In this document: positions 1-12,954 of the stretch, piece by piece
How positions within the stretch are numbered: position 1 is the stretch's first letter
Layout of the letters: every line of letters begins with the position of its first letter
Source of the DNA: Octopus sinensis
Lineage: Eukaryota
DNA length: 64,000 nucleotides
Reading direction: 5' to 3'
Assembly (NCBI RefSeq): GCF_006345805.1
Contig: NC_043004.1
Coordinates: forward strand, 2,666,001 to 2,730,000
The notes under the pieces: model-generated
What the model saw: only the letters and a program-made list of their open reading frames with translations
Database searches by the model: none
What the model was told of the DNA's origin: nothing
Translations under genes and position numbers: made by a program

Positions 1-639
1 GATGAGCAATTTTAGAAATTTATTTAGCAAATTCTAACTTCAGCAGCAATTTACTAAGTTTTATTTTCTTCTTGTCCTTAAATTTTCTGTACTTTTCTGG
101 GTTCAATATTTAAGAATATTCTACGATTCTGCGCCCGCATTTTTCATTCTAGTCCGCTTTTTAACAGCAACTCTTCTATTATTATAATTAATCATATTTA
201 CTTTTATAATTGAAATAATGATAATGATGTAAATAATTTTTTAACTACTGACTTTGTTCAAACTTAGAAATTTTCTTTGCCTAAAACTTAACGCAAGATT
301 AATAGCAGCATATCTGGTATAAATATATTTTTAAACTATAAAATAATGTTATATTCTAATTAAATAATTAAGAATTACATTTTTAATGAGTGAATTTTTC
401 ATTTTGTTATGTTTTTAATATGTATTATTAAAATATTATTAAAATATGTATTATTATTATATAAAATAATATATACAATGATACAAATTAATATTAAATC
501 GCGAAAATATCATAAATTCTTTTAAGCTTAATGTTTTTTGATGAGGTTTTCTCCAAATTATTCGTCTCAATGAATTGTTTCTTTTGAGTTCAAATGATAT
601 TATTTTTCTTAAAAAGACAAAAGTATTTTGCTTCATAAG

Positions 640-1085
640 AATTATCACCTTCTTTTTCCGTCACTTAAAACCAATAAAACATTTTTGTGTCTAATATTTT
701 TTGACAAGGTTTTCACCATTAGATTCTACTCATAAAGCTCTTTCACCTAAAATAAAACCTGAACGCAGAATAGCTGTGAAGATTTGCTAAATACCCTTAG
801 AAAAACCGTAGGGAAGAAGCCAGAAAGTCGTTATAGAATATCGAACTCCGCACCTATCAAACTTCAGGTACGAACTCTCTACCATTAAGCCCTGTAGTCC
901 AAGAACACCAGCTACCGTCTTTTATAATGTTAAATATCATAAAATGACAGAAATATTTTGATTTGTTAAAATGATCACCCTTCTTTTTTCGTCACTTGAC
1001 GTCACACCACATTTTTTGCAGCTAATAATTTCGACAAGGTTTTTCACCGTAAGATTTCTCTTATAAAGCTCTTTCAGTTGAACTA
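640..1085. repeat. Degenerate direct repeat (~110 bp units at ~640-750 and ~975-1085) flanking a SINE-like insert
   Basis: Both units read cttc(t)tttt(c/t)cgtcactt...gacaaggtttt(t)cacc...ataaagctctttca. Confidence 0.6.
826..901 (-). mobile_element. tRNA-derived SINE head fragment
   Basis: Minus strand ggactacagggcttaatggtagagagttcgtacctgaagtttgataggtgcggagttcgatattc has A-box-like and B-box-like motifs but no intact cloverleaf. Confidence 0.5.
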
Positions 1086-1243
1086 TAGCTGATTGTGGAT
1101 TTGTATTTTGCTTCTTCTTTTTTCGTTATCGAACTGACTAAATACTGAATTAATCTGTTGAACAAAATCATGTTTCGAAAATAGGAATAAAACATTTCTA
1201 AATCTCTCAGAGAGACTTATAGTGTAGCAGCACGATAAAATGC

Positions 1244-1664
1244 TATGTTGTCAACTTAATGTGACATTCCCATAAAAGGGAAGAATGCTACTGTTATTTA
1301 GTCCTAGGAAGCACCGCTTCTTGTCAGCCTTGACACATTTACTGTGTCCTTATGTTTACAATGAGAGAGATAAGCACCTCGACCCAGCAAAGCCAGTGAA
1401 TGTATTTCACTTGGATTATTATATGTTTACAGAGGCAGACAGGCATCGACAGCTAACAAGCCATGCTACTCCAGACTGATGACGAGCAATGATTCAGAAA
1501 CTAGCTGGTTGCTGACTTTGCTGGGTGGAGGTGCTTATCTCCCCCTTTGTAAACATAAGGACGCAGGAAATGTTTCAAGGCCGACAGGAAGCGGTGCTTC
1601 CTAGGGGTAAATAGAAGTAGTATTCTTCCCTTTCATGGGACTGTCACATTAAGGTGACAACATA
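1244..1664 (+). mobile_element. Fold-back element with ~150-bp inverted arms and a hammerhead-like core in the spacer (Penelope-like or MITE-like)
   Basis: The arms tatgttgtcaacttaatgtgaca... and ...tgtcacattaaggtgacaacata are reverse complements (about 85% by eye). CTGATGA is at 1476-1482 and GAAACTAG at 1497-1504. Confidence 0.75.
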
Positions 1665-2282
1665 CCACCACAAAAATAATGTTTGTTTCCCTTATTAGAA
1701 TGGAATCTGTTTCATGTTACATTTTAAAGAAATTAATAAGTGGGTTTGTTCTTTTGAATTTTGCTTTCTTCCGTGATCAGAGGGGTCGAATCCAGATTAC
1801 TTTCGTGTGTATTCAGTAATGGAAGTATATTTTCTATATTTGTTTTGTTTTAATGTTTTCTTATATTTCCGTTTGACATATTTCTTCAACTAATTAAAGA
1901 CATGTGTATTTATGTCGGAATTGTCTTATATCGTACCTGTTATATCTTGGGAAAATGGCGTTTTATGATATGAATTTTCAATTTTGTTCTGCTGAAGAAC
2001 GAAGGACTTGAAGCTTTGTTTATGGGGATGTGTGTAAATGTCGAGATTCACTTAACGTAGATGTTCAGCCAGTCAAAAATTCTGATAAACTCAATTATTG
2101 CTGTTTCTAATTGTATAAATCATAAGTGGTTTTAATTATGTTTTGTCTAAGATAGAATTACAAAGCGATAGGTGTATTTCTTTGTGAGGGAATAAATGTG
2201 GGAGTGTGTATCAACACACGCAAGGTGATACATTTACATCCACTGGAAAAGAATGGAAAATATACAAGTATATCTTTTATCT

Positions 2283-2650
2283 TTTATTTGTTTATCTGCG
2301 GCCATGCTGGAGCACAGTCTTGAAGAATTTTTGCCAAATGAATTTAACCCCAGTACTGATATTTTTTAAGCCTGATACTTAGTCTATCGGTCTTTGTTAT
2401 CGAACCGCTGAGTTACCGGGACGTACACACACCAATACTGATTGCGAAGTAGCGTACAAACACACAGATACACACATACACACACGTCGGGCTTCTTTCA
2501 GTTTCTATTTATCAAATCCACTCACAAGGCTTTGATCGACCCGTATCTTGGGCAGAAGACACTAGGCTAAGATGTCATGCAGTGGGATGAAACCCGGAAC
2601 TCTGTGGCTGGAAAGCAAACTTCTTACCACACAGCCACCCCTGCACCTAT
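2283..2650 (-). mobile_element. SINE family A (tRNA head, internal microsatellite, conserved 3' body)
   Basis: Shares ggccatgctggagcac, gccgaaccgctaagttac, gggcttctttcagtttc and gaacccggaac...gtggctggaaagcaa blocks with the other copies. Confidence 0.85.
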
Positions 2651-3184
2651 ATGTTGATCTATCCAATGAAAATTACACCGGAATATTAATTAATGTTTGG
2701 TACATTTACATCTACTAAACACGACAAAACCGAAGTACAAGCTATCACAAATTTCGTAGATAATGGCAACAGAGGAAGTTGTTTCTGTAAAAGGACCGAC
2801 AGTACCAAATAGCAGACAAGAAGAACAATTTGAGTGGAATGTATTTATGATTCCTCGTGCAATAAATGACTATCAATCTTTAATAATTAAGATGTCCAGC
2901 TTTTTAGTTAATCAGCTATTAAATAGTCTAATTATATAAAACATGTATTATACTGGAATGTTTCCATTTTTGCAAAGAATGGGGCAATGCACACTTGAAA
3001 ATGTTTGTCATTGTTTACTAGAGCCAAAATTGAAACTAAAATCCGCCTCATCACCTCGTTTTTCTATTTACTCCACAACTTATGGTCGTACAAAATATAA
3101 AAAGTAGCAGGCGCCATGACTTTATTTTCTCTTCTTTCCACCTCTCGGTACACGAATTTTAGTGTTTGCGTATCTCTCTTATTT

Positions 3185-3662
3185 CTTTATCTTTTGCTTG
3201 TTTCAGTCATTGGACTGTGACGAAGCTGGAGTCAACGATATGAAGAATTTTAGTCAAATTAACTGAACCCAATACTTTTGTGGTGCTTAATCTATCGGCC
3301 CCTTTTTGCCGAATCGCTCATGTTACCGGGACGGAAACGCATGAACACCGGTTGTCAAGCGTTCTTGGGGGACATAAATAGATACACACGCATAGATACA
3401 CACACAAACATACACATGTATATATATATATATATATTATATATATATATACATGCACACGCACACACTCACGGACACACACTCACGGACACACACTCAC
3501 ATACACAAGCGACGGGCTTCCTCCAGTTTCTCTCTACCAAATTCGCAGAGAAATCTTTGGTCGGCCTGAAGTTACAGTAGAAGACACGTGCCCAAGGTAC
3601 TACGCAGTGGGAGTGAACCCGGAAGCATGTAGTTGGAAAGCAAGCTTGTTACCACAGAGCCT
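3185..3662 (-). mobile_element. SINE family A
   Basis: Same blocks as 2283-2650, with an internal (AT)n/(AC)n tract. Confidence 0.85.
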
Positions 3663-4289
3663 CTGTGAGTGTCCGTGTCTATGTATATATACGTGTGAGT
3701 CTATAATATATATATATATCTGTATGTGTATGTGCGTGCGTTTGTGTGTGGGGTGGGGTTAGTGGAACATATTTGAAGTATTCCACTAGTTAACCCTCGG
3801 CTCTATTGATAATTACCGGTTGTTAGTCTCCTAGTCTGGTTGTGTCTGTAATAAACAAGTTTTGCGAATCAAGCAGATAGAGATCTGCGACAGAAGGCGA
3901 TATTCGTTGACCTTACATGGTTAGTTAGCCGTCGAGTATAGAAGCAACGGTAATTATTTGATTGGAAGGACAAGATAATAGAGCTAACCTAACTCAAGCT
4001 AATCGATAATCGAACGACTAATATTTATACTTAGAACTGTTTAACCTCAACATTTATATTTTATTATTTACACCTGACGTTGAATATTACCTTTAATCTT
4101 TGTGTGACAGGTTTTCATCTCACCCCTTTCAAACCGTTCCACTTGCGACTGATGCACAGCCATTAAAGATCACAGGCAATCAAGTGGTTTATATATATTT
4201 TATTCCTCAGCCCATTCAACCGTCATCTTTTTCGTCATATACCTTGCTACTCTCGTAATATCTCCCATCTCTAGAATATGTGCGTATTT

Positions 4290-4291
4290 CG

Positions 4292-4333
<42 letters not shown>

Positions 4334-4498
4334 TATATATATATATATGCATGTATATATATATGCATGTATATATATATAAATGCATGTGTATATATAT
4401 GTGTATATATATATGCATGTATATATATATACATGCATATATATATATATATATATATGCATGTGTATATATATATATATGCATGTATATGTATATAT

Positions 4499-4552
<54 letters not shown>

Positions 4553-4872
4553 TGTATATATATATATATATGTTTTATAAATCTGTACGTGTCTGTTGCG
4601 ATAAAATGCAGAGAGGGAAGGAAAAAAGAGAGACACATGTTTGTTACACAGAAAACCCACGAATTATATATATATATGTATGTATGTATGTATGTTTGTA
4701 TGTATGTATGTATGTATGTATGTATGTATGTATGTATGTATGTATGTATGTATGTATGTGTGCATGCATGCATGTTGCATGCATGTATGTATGTATGTAT
4801 GTATACATGTATGTATGTATGTATGTATGTATGTATGTATGTATGTATGTATGTATGTATGTATGTATGTAT
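4290..4872. repeat. Compound microsatellite (AT)n/(ATGC)n/(ATGT)n
   Basis: Read directly; it explains the overlapping YI/MYVC ORFs. Confidence 0.95.
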
Positions 4873-5191
4873 AAAATAATTTTATGTTAGCCCTTGATAG
4901 AGAAATGCTACAAATATGGCGGAGCGGATATCTGTGGAATATGTCGAAAAGTCTCAACGTAGAGGGCAATGAAGTCTCTAGGCACTCACATTGAACTTTT
5001 TAGCTGCATATACTCCGATTTATTATTATATCTGTATTTTTTTTTATCTGTTAATCTATCTAACGAGAAATTTATTTATCGCGGCATCTTTATGTACCTA
5101 CATCCCTCTTATTAATCACACATGCTTTATTCCTGGAAATCACTCTACTTCTCTTTCCCTCTCTCTGTGTATACATATATATATAAACATA

Positions 5192-5275
<84 letters not shown>

Positions 5276-5575
5276 GATATATATATATTATGTAAGCATC
5301 AATATATGATATGTGCGTGTGTGTGTGTGATACATTTGTGTATGTATATAGATGTATATGTATTTATGCTTACATTGCCAGAAATACATATACATAGATA
5401 TACGTATACTTATGAGGGTGTTACAGTTGCGTACACAAACATAAAACATAACGATTTACAAATAGAATGAGAAGCATCTCGTTCAAACGTGTACATATGT
5501 ATCAATACATCGATACGTATATATACATACATACATACATGCATCCATGCATACATACATACATACATACATACA

Positions 5576-5608
<33 letters not shown>

Positions 5609-6323
5609 GCATACAGACGTATATACTTACATACTTGCATGTGTACATTCGTATAAACATGACTACAATCTATGTGTCTAAATTCCAACGAAACAACCTT
5701 ATATTGGGGTTGGAAACCAATTCTTTCCCCATTGGTGAGAAATATAGAAATAAAACGACAACCTAGTCACAACTTGCCTTTCACGCAAACTCTTTCTTCC
5801 ATTCTCTTCATCCGTCATTTTTTTCTCGGTCTTTCTAAGCAATCTAACACATCGCAACTTTCAAACCTTTTATTTGTCCTTCTCCGTGCTTTGTGTCGCA
5901 TTTTCTTTCATGTTTCTGTCTACCAATAAATTAGCGAAGGTGTGTGCCTACAGTTCCCTGCTTAGCCAAGCGACCAAATGTTTATAAATAGTGTGACACG
6001 GGTAGATAGATAGCAACAATAAGGAACGTGCAACAGCAACCTATTAAAACAAATTAAGTTCGGAAATCTATTTTATTTTTCACTCTAAACCTATTTTTTT
6101 GTATAGAGTGCGCAGTTCCTCTTATTTTCTTTGATACTTTATACGTATATGCGTACATAGACACTAACACACACACACATACGTACATACACGCATTTAT
6201 GTGTGTGTGTATATGTATGAATATTCGTACATACGAGTAATGTGTATGTGTATATATCTTCATGATATGTATATGTGTGTGTGCACGTGTGTATTTGTGT
6301 ATAAGTATAGGTATACATGCGTG

Positions 6324-6403
<80 letters not shown>

Positions 6404-6965
6404 TATATATATGTGAGGAGATATGTGTGTATTCCTTTTGACATCATCGATGTATAAGACACACAGGTTGTTTACCCACAATTCTTCTACTTCGTTGGGA
6501 TGAAAATAGTTGTCAAGGAGAAGAAATATTCCCGGAACATTTCCCCCATCCCCATTCCCACCACAACCCAAAATTCTTGTTCTCACAGTGCACCACTCAT
6601 TTTTCTGAAAAATATTAACCACAAGTTTCTTATTGCCGTTACCAGAGAAAACAAAACACAAACAACAAACTATTACTAACGAGTAAACGCAATACCATAA
6701 CGCACACATACACACACATACACTCACATACACACACACACAAACACACACGCACATGCATGTTCCATATCCTGACTGTAAACCTAATTCATTGTGTGTA
6801 TTGCATTTTCTTCACACACACACACACATATAACCAATAACGCTAGTTCTGAAATGTCTCCAAGAGATCAACGGAGTAGTTGTACTAACAAGTAATGTTC
6901 GTAACAATTTCAACATGGCTGTCCGTTCGAAGTGACTTTACTGCAAATTTTTAAATATATATATA

Positions 6966-8018
6966 GGGGCAGGAGTGCTTTTGTGGTAAGTAGCTTGCTT
7001 ACCAGCTTGAGGGTCGCCCCACCCCCACCAAAGTGTCACCTGTGCCTGGAACCTGGCCATATAAGAAAGAACTGCCGCCAGGACCAAAGCAAGGTCCTGG
7101 AGCAGTTGCTTGGTATCTCTCTAGAAGAGGGAATGGAGGCGGTCGAGGAGTCGGAGGCCTCCTCAAAGACGGGTGGTAAGAGGAAGAAGGTGAGAACCAA
7201 TGGTTGCTCACTGAGGGATTCCAGGGTTGAGGGAGGGGAAGTGGTTCTCCCGGTAAAGGAGGAAAGCCACCCTTCCTCAGTAAGAAAAAAAGAAGATGAG
7301 GAAAAAGAAAAACGGGACATTGCCGGCAGTCGGTAACACAATACCGGTATGTCCCGGAACTTCGTCGGTGGGAATTGTGCCACCGACGGTGAAAGTGACT
7401 ACTCCGCCCCTTCTTCTAAGAGGACGGTGAGGTGGAGAAGGTGGTTGAGAATCACCAAGGAGGAGTAGTTCTAGCCTGTTGTGGAGGTCATAAAGTTGCC
7501 CGTGGTGAAAAGGCTGAAGGAACTCAGAAAGGAGTATGTTTATGGCCGGGCGGCACCGGCACGACACACGATTTATGCTTGTGTGAGGCGTTGGAAATGG
7601 CGGGGTATGGGGTCAGAAGAGATACTGAATTTGAAGAAGATGTTGAAGAAGAGGACTACGGGTAAGAGGTAGGAAGGTCTTGTTATTGTAAAATGATAAG
7701 AGTTTTGAAACCTCATTCTGTTTATTCTAAAAAGAACATTGTTTTAGGGCAGACAGGCGGTCGGCGGGCGCCGCTCGTTTCCCCTCATTCATATTTTTAT
7801 ATTCATTTCATTCCATTAATGTAATCGTGATGCTCACAGTTACTCCATATGATGCCCCTCTGGCAAATTGTTTGAAATAAAGTTGCTTACTTACCAACCA
7901 CATGGTTCCGGGTTCATCTTGGGTAAGTGTCTTCCACTATAGCCTGGGGCCGATCAAAGCCTTGTGAGGGTCTTTAGTAGATGGAAACTGAAAGAAGCCC
8001 GTCGTATCTCTCTCTCTC

Positions 8019-8079
<61 letters not shown>

Positions 8080-8240
8080 GAATGACTGTCTGTTTTCCGT
8101 GTTCGTCAATTCGTGTATTTCACGTCCTTTATATATAAAGTTTTATTATATATATATATATATGTATATATATACACACACACAAACATGTATGTATTTA
8201 TGTGTCTGTGTTTGTTCCCCTACCATCGCTTGACAACCGA
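6966..8240 (+). mobile_element. SINE family A interrupted in its tRNA head by an insertion
   Basis: Head gtggtaagtagcttgcttacca stops at 7004 and resumes as cttaccaaccacatggttccgggttca at 7890; the body continues to gcttgacaaccgatgttgg at ~8240. Confidence 0.85.
7005..7889 (+). mobile_element. 5'-truncated retroelement carrying only a gag/ORF1-like zinc-knuckle region plus 3' UTR
   Basis: CHLCLEPGHIRKNC (CX2CX4HX4C). The same frame continues through a few stops to 7672. AATAAA is at 7876-7881. Direct repeat CTTACCA at 6998-7004 and 7890-7896 is read as the TSD. No RT or APE motif lies between the ORF and the poly(A) signal. Confidence 0.75.
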
Positions 8241-8581
8241 TGTTGGAGATATAGATAGACAGACAGACAGACATATAGATAGATAGACAGTTTTCGTGAA
8301 GAATTACCTAGCAGTTTCTTGTTTCCTTCCCAAATATATTTGCCAGACACACACACATAGAGAGAGAGAAGGGGAGGGAGAGAGATAGAGTGTCTGCGTG
8401 TGCGAGCGGGCGTGTATGTATGCATGCATGAGTGTGCGTGTGCGTGTACATTGTGTTTGGGTGTGTCTGTGTCCTGCGTATTGTGTGCATCTACACGACC
8501 ATAAAATTCTCTAGTAGAATATATTCAATTTCTGTTTCACTTTATGATTATTTGCTGTCTTTATTCATGAGGAACACACAT

Positions 8582-8614
<33 letters not shown>

Positions 8615-8699
8615 CACACACATACACACACACACACACACACACATATATACGATGTACATTTACACGCGCACGCATGCACGTACACACACACATACA

Positions 8700-8830
8700 G
8701 TCAACAGTTGTCTGCTGTTCGGCGGTGAGCTGTGGTCGAGACGATCGTTTGGAAACATGAATTATAGAACAAACAAAAGACAAACGTATATTACTTCCGG
8801 CAGATTATGAATAGGTCACGTGACAGCCGA
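8700..8830. promoter_or_regulatory. CpG-rich promoter-like island with ETS site and palindromic E-box
   Basis: ACTTCCGG at 8793-8800 (ETS, CCGGAAGT on minus) and GTCACGTGAC at 8815-8824. Many CpGs in an otherwise CpG-poor window. Donor-like GCG|GTGAGC near 8726. Confidence 0.45.
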
Positions 8831-9406
8831 CGTCCGTTTCTTTATGTTGTTGTTGTTGTTGTTGTTGTTTTCAATTTGATACACACACACACACTCGTAC
8901 ACATAAATACTCACTGACACACTCAGAGACACAAATATGCTATACCATGCTGACGAGATGATAAAAGTGACTCCGTGTACAAGATATAAATATCTAAGTA
9001 GAAGCAACTTCACACGTTATCCCGCCAGAGTCGTTGGCATAACCACTGGCTTTCGTTGTTGTTGTTTTTCCTTAGTTCCAGGTCAAATTGCTCCAACAGT
9101 GTTCTGATCAAACTCTCTTTTTCTTTTACGGCATGAATTCATATGAATAGCTTATCTAAATCATGTTTTTCTTCGCTTATTTCAGCGAAATTTGACAAGA
9201 AATCCTAGCTGTGAAGCAGGTCATATGACACGGAAATATCCCTGGTCGTTGGTTCGATAAATACCAGTCATATAGTGGGGTCTTTTAAACTGACTTCGTT
9301 CTACGTAAATGCTTCACAACATTTTCACAGTGGTTCCCAACTCTTTTATTTAAATGAGATTTCCCACAGACCCCTTTTAATATACTTATCCTTATATATA
9401 TAGATA

Positions 9407-10286
9407 GATATATTTGTTGAAGAGGACAGCAAACTTCAAGGCAAGGCAAACATCCCAAGTCATATACGTTATCAATTATTATTGAAAAATATCCAGTCTT
9501 ACAGCTATTTGTGGGATATCCTATAGTACGGATATTCCGTCATCGGAATGTTTATGATATCATGACTTGGATTGACAGAAAGGAAAACAAAGAATAATAG
9601 AAAAAGAGTATTCTTTGGTTGTTATTCCTTGAATATCTTATGTAATAAGTTGCGATGTATGCAACTTATTGCATGTCTGAAGTCGTTAAGTAAGACAGAG
9701 GAAGAGCTAAGAAAAGAGTGAGATGAGGATGTGATGAGAGGTGGGGTGATGAGAGATGAGGTGGGGTGGAGATTCTAATATCATAACAAGAAGGAACGAA
9801 ATAACTTGTAATGATTCCTTTGAGCTGAAATGTCAAAACAACTAAATGGAAAGCGAGACGAGGAAACTGAAATGTGTGTGTTTGTGTGTGTGTGTGCATA
9901 CATCGCGATTTATTACATAAGATATTCAAGGAATTACAACCAAAGAATACTCTTTCCACATGGATTTACGTAGGATTGTACATGAGGACTAATGGACTTA
10001 TTTCTACATGATCGGACAGTTGAACTGTGAACTTTTATGCTTCTTTTTTCTTCTCTTTCTTCATCTCCTTATGCCTTTACTTCTGTCCTCTATGTCGTCA
10101 TCTCATTGATCTATACACTTCTCACTTTTCCTATTTGACTCAGATGCGGGAATGTCCCATACTCTGTTATATCCCAGAAACAGCTGTAAGACTTTGAATT
10201 TGTTCTTTTCTAACGATAATAATGTGTATCACTTGAGATGTTTGCCTTGCCTTAACGTATGTTGTCCTCTTTAACAATTATATATC
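9407..10286. mobile_element. Head-to-head inverted pair of a Penelope-like repeat, each arm with a degenerate hammerhead
   Basis: 9407-9890 is the reverse complement of the family unit; 9897-10286 is a 5'-truncated direct copy; both end in gtcctct(t/c)(t/c)aacaa(t)tatatatc. Core remnants: cagatg-cgggaat...atcccaGAAACagctGTAagact at ~10141-10192 (+) and ccgatga-cggaatatc...gatatccca-caaatagctgtaagact at ~9494-9548 (-). Confidence 0.7.
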
Positions 10287-11162
10287 CGTTGCATCGGAAA
10301 TCTGCAATGGCTCCCATAACTACCGTCTAAAGTAATATACAAACTTCCTGCCAGTTCTAATATACGTGAGGCATATTTGAACTCGTATGAACGCTATTCA
10401 CTGTATTTTGTCATTGAGAAAATGTCTCGCTATAGACAAATTGGTGTCAAAACAGCGAGTCAGCTCACAGCGACACCTAACCAGACTGTTGGAACTCATG
10501 CATTTCGAAGTAATTATCTCCTCTTCAGCCGCAGATACCGTTTCTCTTATGAAATTCTCGTCATCGTTCAAAGACTGGTGGCACTTTTGAGCGGCGAGGC
10601 GTAGTTAAAACACATGGTAAGAGCTCTGAGCAGTGATACGCATAAATGCAAGCTTGTTACCAGTTTAGATATACTTGAGGTAAATTCGAACCCGTATTTT
10701 GTTGTGGGGAAAATTTCTTGTTGTAGGCAAATATATGTAAGTCTATCTGGTATATAAATTGTTTATATTATTTGATCAAAACAATGCAGGTTATAAAAGT
10801 AGTAATGGTGGATGGATTTTACCTGGAATTTCAATATTTCAAGTTTAGGATCCTTTCTTCCGGGAATCATTGCAAAAAAGCCGTTGTTATCAGGTTTAAT
10901 ATTATAGCAAAAACCTTTAAAATAATTACATTGACCAATACATTGTAAGTGAAAATGGAAGGACAGAAACTGCGTAGATGACACGCATACATACATTGAT
11001 AAGGACTATATATTTTCACAAACACATGCTTACAATCGCATGCACCATACATGTGTGAGTGTCTGTCAACGTGCGGTGGGAAACCTGCGTAAAATTACAC
11101 AGTAATATTCACATCCGATTGTGTCCTGGTCCCTTCCGTCGATGAACACATCACATTTAATA

Positions 11163-11385
11163 TATTTCTTTACTACCCACAAGGGGCTAAACACAGAGGG
11201 GACAAACAAGGACAGAAAAACGGATTAAGTCGACCCCAGTGCGTAACTGGTACTTAATTCATCGACCCCGAAATGATGAAAGGCAAAGTCGACTTCGGCG
11301 GAATTTGAACTCTGAACGTAACAGCAGACGAAATACGGCTACGCATTTCGCCCGGCGTGCTAAAGTTTCTGCCAGCTCGCCACCT
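11163..11385 (-). mobile_element. SINE family B (ggcgagctggcag... tRNA-like head)
   Basis: Contains gttcagagttcaaattccgccgaagtcgactttgcctttcatc...ggggtcgac on the minus strand. Confidence 0.9.
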
Positions 11386-11740
11386 TCAACACATCACATT
11401 TGATATTCTACAAGAATGCTATAAATCGGATCATCGCGTCGGAGGTCATAATCATTGAGTAAAATCCTCGGTGATGATGCTCCAGTATGGTAGGGCGCTG
11501 CAAGGACATAGACTAGCAGCAGAAGAATAAACAAATTTAGCAAATCATAAGTTGACTATGGTATATGATGTACCTCAATTTATTGTTTCTACATTTTTTT
11601 CCAGTGTATATAAAGTCAGATTCAATGTGTACAGCTTGTCCATACTTTCACAGCGTATAATACTGCAATTTAGTTAAAGATGGCTTCACAGAAGCACATT
11701 ATGGTTCTTAACCATTCTTTATTTCCATCTCCCATTTTCT

Positions 11741-11801
<61 letters not shown>

Positions 11802-11802
11802 G

Positions 11803-12200
11803 CATTTCAGTTTCCTCTTCTCGCTTTCCATTTAGTTGTTTTGACATTTCAGCTCAAAGGAATCATTACAAGTTATTTCTTCCCTTCTCGTTATAATATT
11901 AAAATCTCCACTACCACCCTCCCCACTTATATCATAAGTTGACTCTCCATTCTCGCCTCCCCTCTCTCACACTCTCGCTGACCATATGTCTGAACTGCTC
12001 CTCTCATCACATCCTCATCTCACTCTTTCCTTAGCTCTTCCTCTGTCTTACTTAACGACCTCAGACATGCAATAAGTTGCATACATCGCAACTTATTACA
12101 TAAGATATTCAAGGAATAACAACCAAAGAATATTCTTTCCTGTTATTCTTTGTTTTCATTTCTGTCAACATGTTAGTCATGCTATGAAACAACCATTTCT
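11803..12200 (+). mobile_element. Third copy of the repeat family at 9407-10286
   Basis: Reverse complement of ~9570-9890 (catttcagtttcctc...gcaataagttgcatacatcgcaacttattacataagatattcaagg). Confidence 0.8.
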
Positions 12201-12902
12201 GGCAGGATACACCATGTAATTCGATAGTTTATTACGTACGTATGCGTTTGTGTGTTTTGGGGGTGGGGGTGCGCGTGGGGTGGGGGGTGTTCGGGTGTCT
12301 GTGTGTGGCTGTGCGTGTGTTTGTGTGTGTTTGTGCGTTTGTGTGTCTGTGTGTCTGTGTGTCTGTATGTGCCTGTGGAATTACCATGCTACCATAGGTT
12401 TCATGTGTGACATCACAATTATCAAACATTTCATATAAACATACCTGAAATCCATTTCTATTTTGAAACATGACTATGAGAGAGCACATGCGACTTAAAT
12501 AGGCTTCAAATGGTGTTCGTGGTATTGACTAAGATATAAGGAGGTAACTCATGCAGGGACGTCTTTAGTTCTTATTTGCCTAGAGTTGGACTTAATTCGT
12601 AGTAAGTAGTGAGATTATATATATATGCACACACAAACACACATAGATTCATGTATGTTTGAATGTATGCATGTTTTTAATTATTCGAGTTCTTAAACAT
12701 ATATTGAAAAAAACGTTTTAACTGAGGAAGGTTCACGTAAGGGATTCATTCCTATTATATATATTACGAAACTGAAACGTACGTATTAAATGACTTCAAA
12801 ATATCGCTATTTAGTTTGACTCCATTTCTACAACATATGTGTGGATGAGTGTGTGCATATGTGTACTGCTCCGACTATCATTATTATTATTATTATTATT
12901 AT

Positions 12903-12954
<52 letters not shown>

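Noticed and set aside
4200-4969. Many long ORFs (up to 199 aa) rich in YI, MYVC or HT
   Set aside because: They are translations of di- and tetranucleotide microsatellites; the same applies to similar ORFs throughout the window.
6494-6622. Minus-strand exon candidate KNEWCTVRTRILGCGGNGDGG...EELW with AG/GT ends
   Set aside because: Two plus frames are also open and no family is recognisable, so it cannot be told from chance.
6932-7004. N-terminus of the 134-aa ORF
   Set aside because: It is read-through from AT-rich flank and SINE head; the real coding part starts at the insertion junction 7005.
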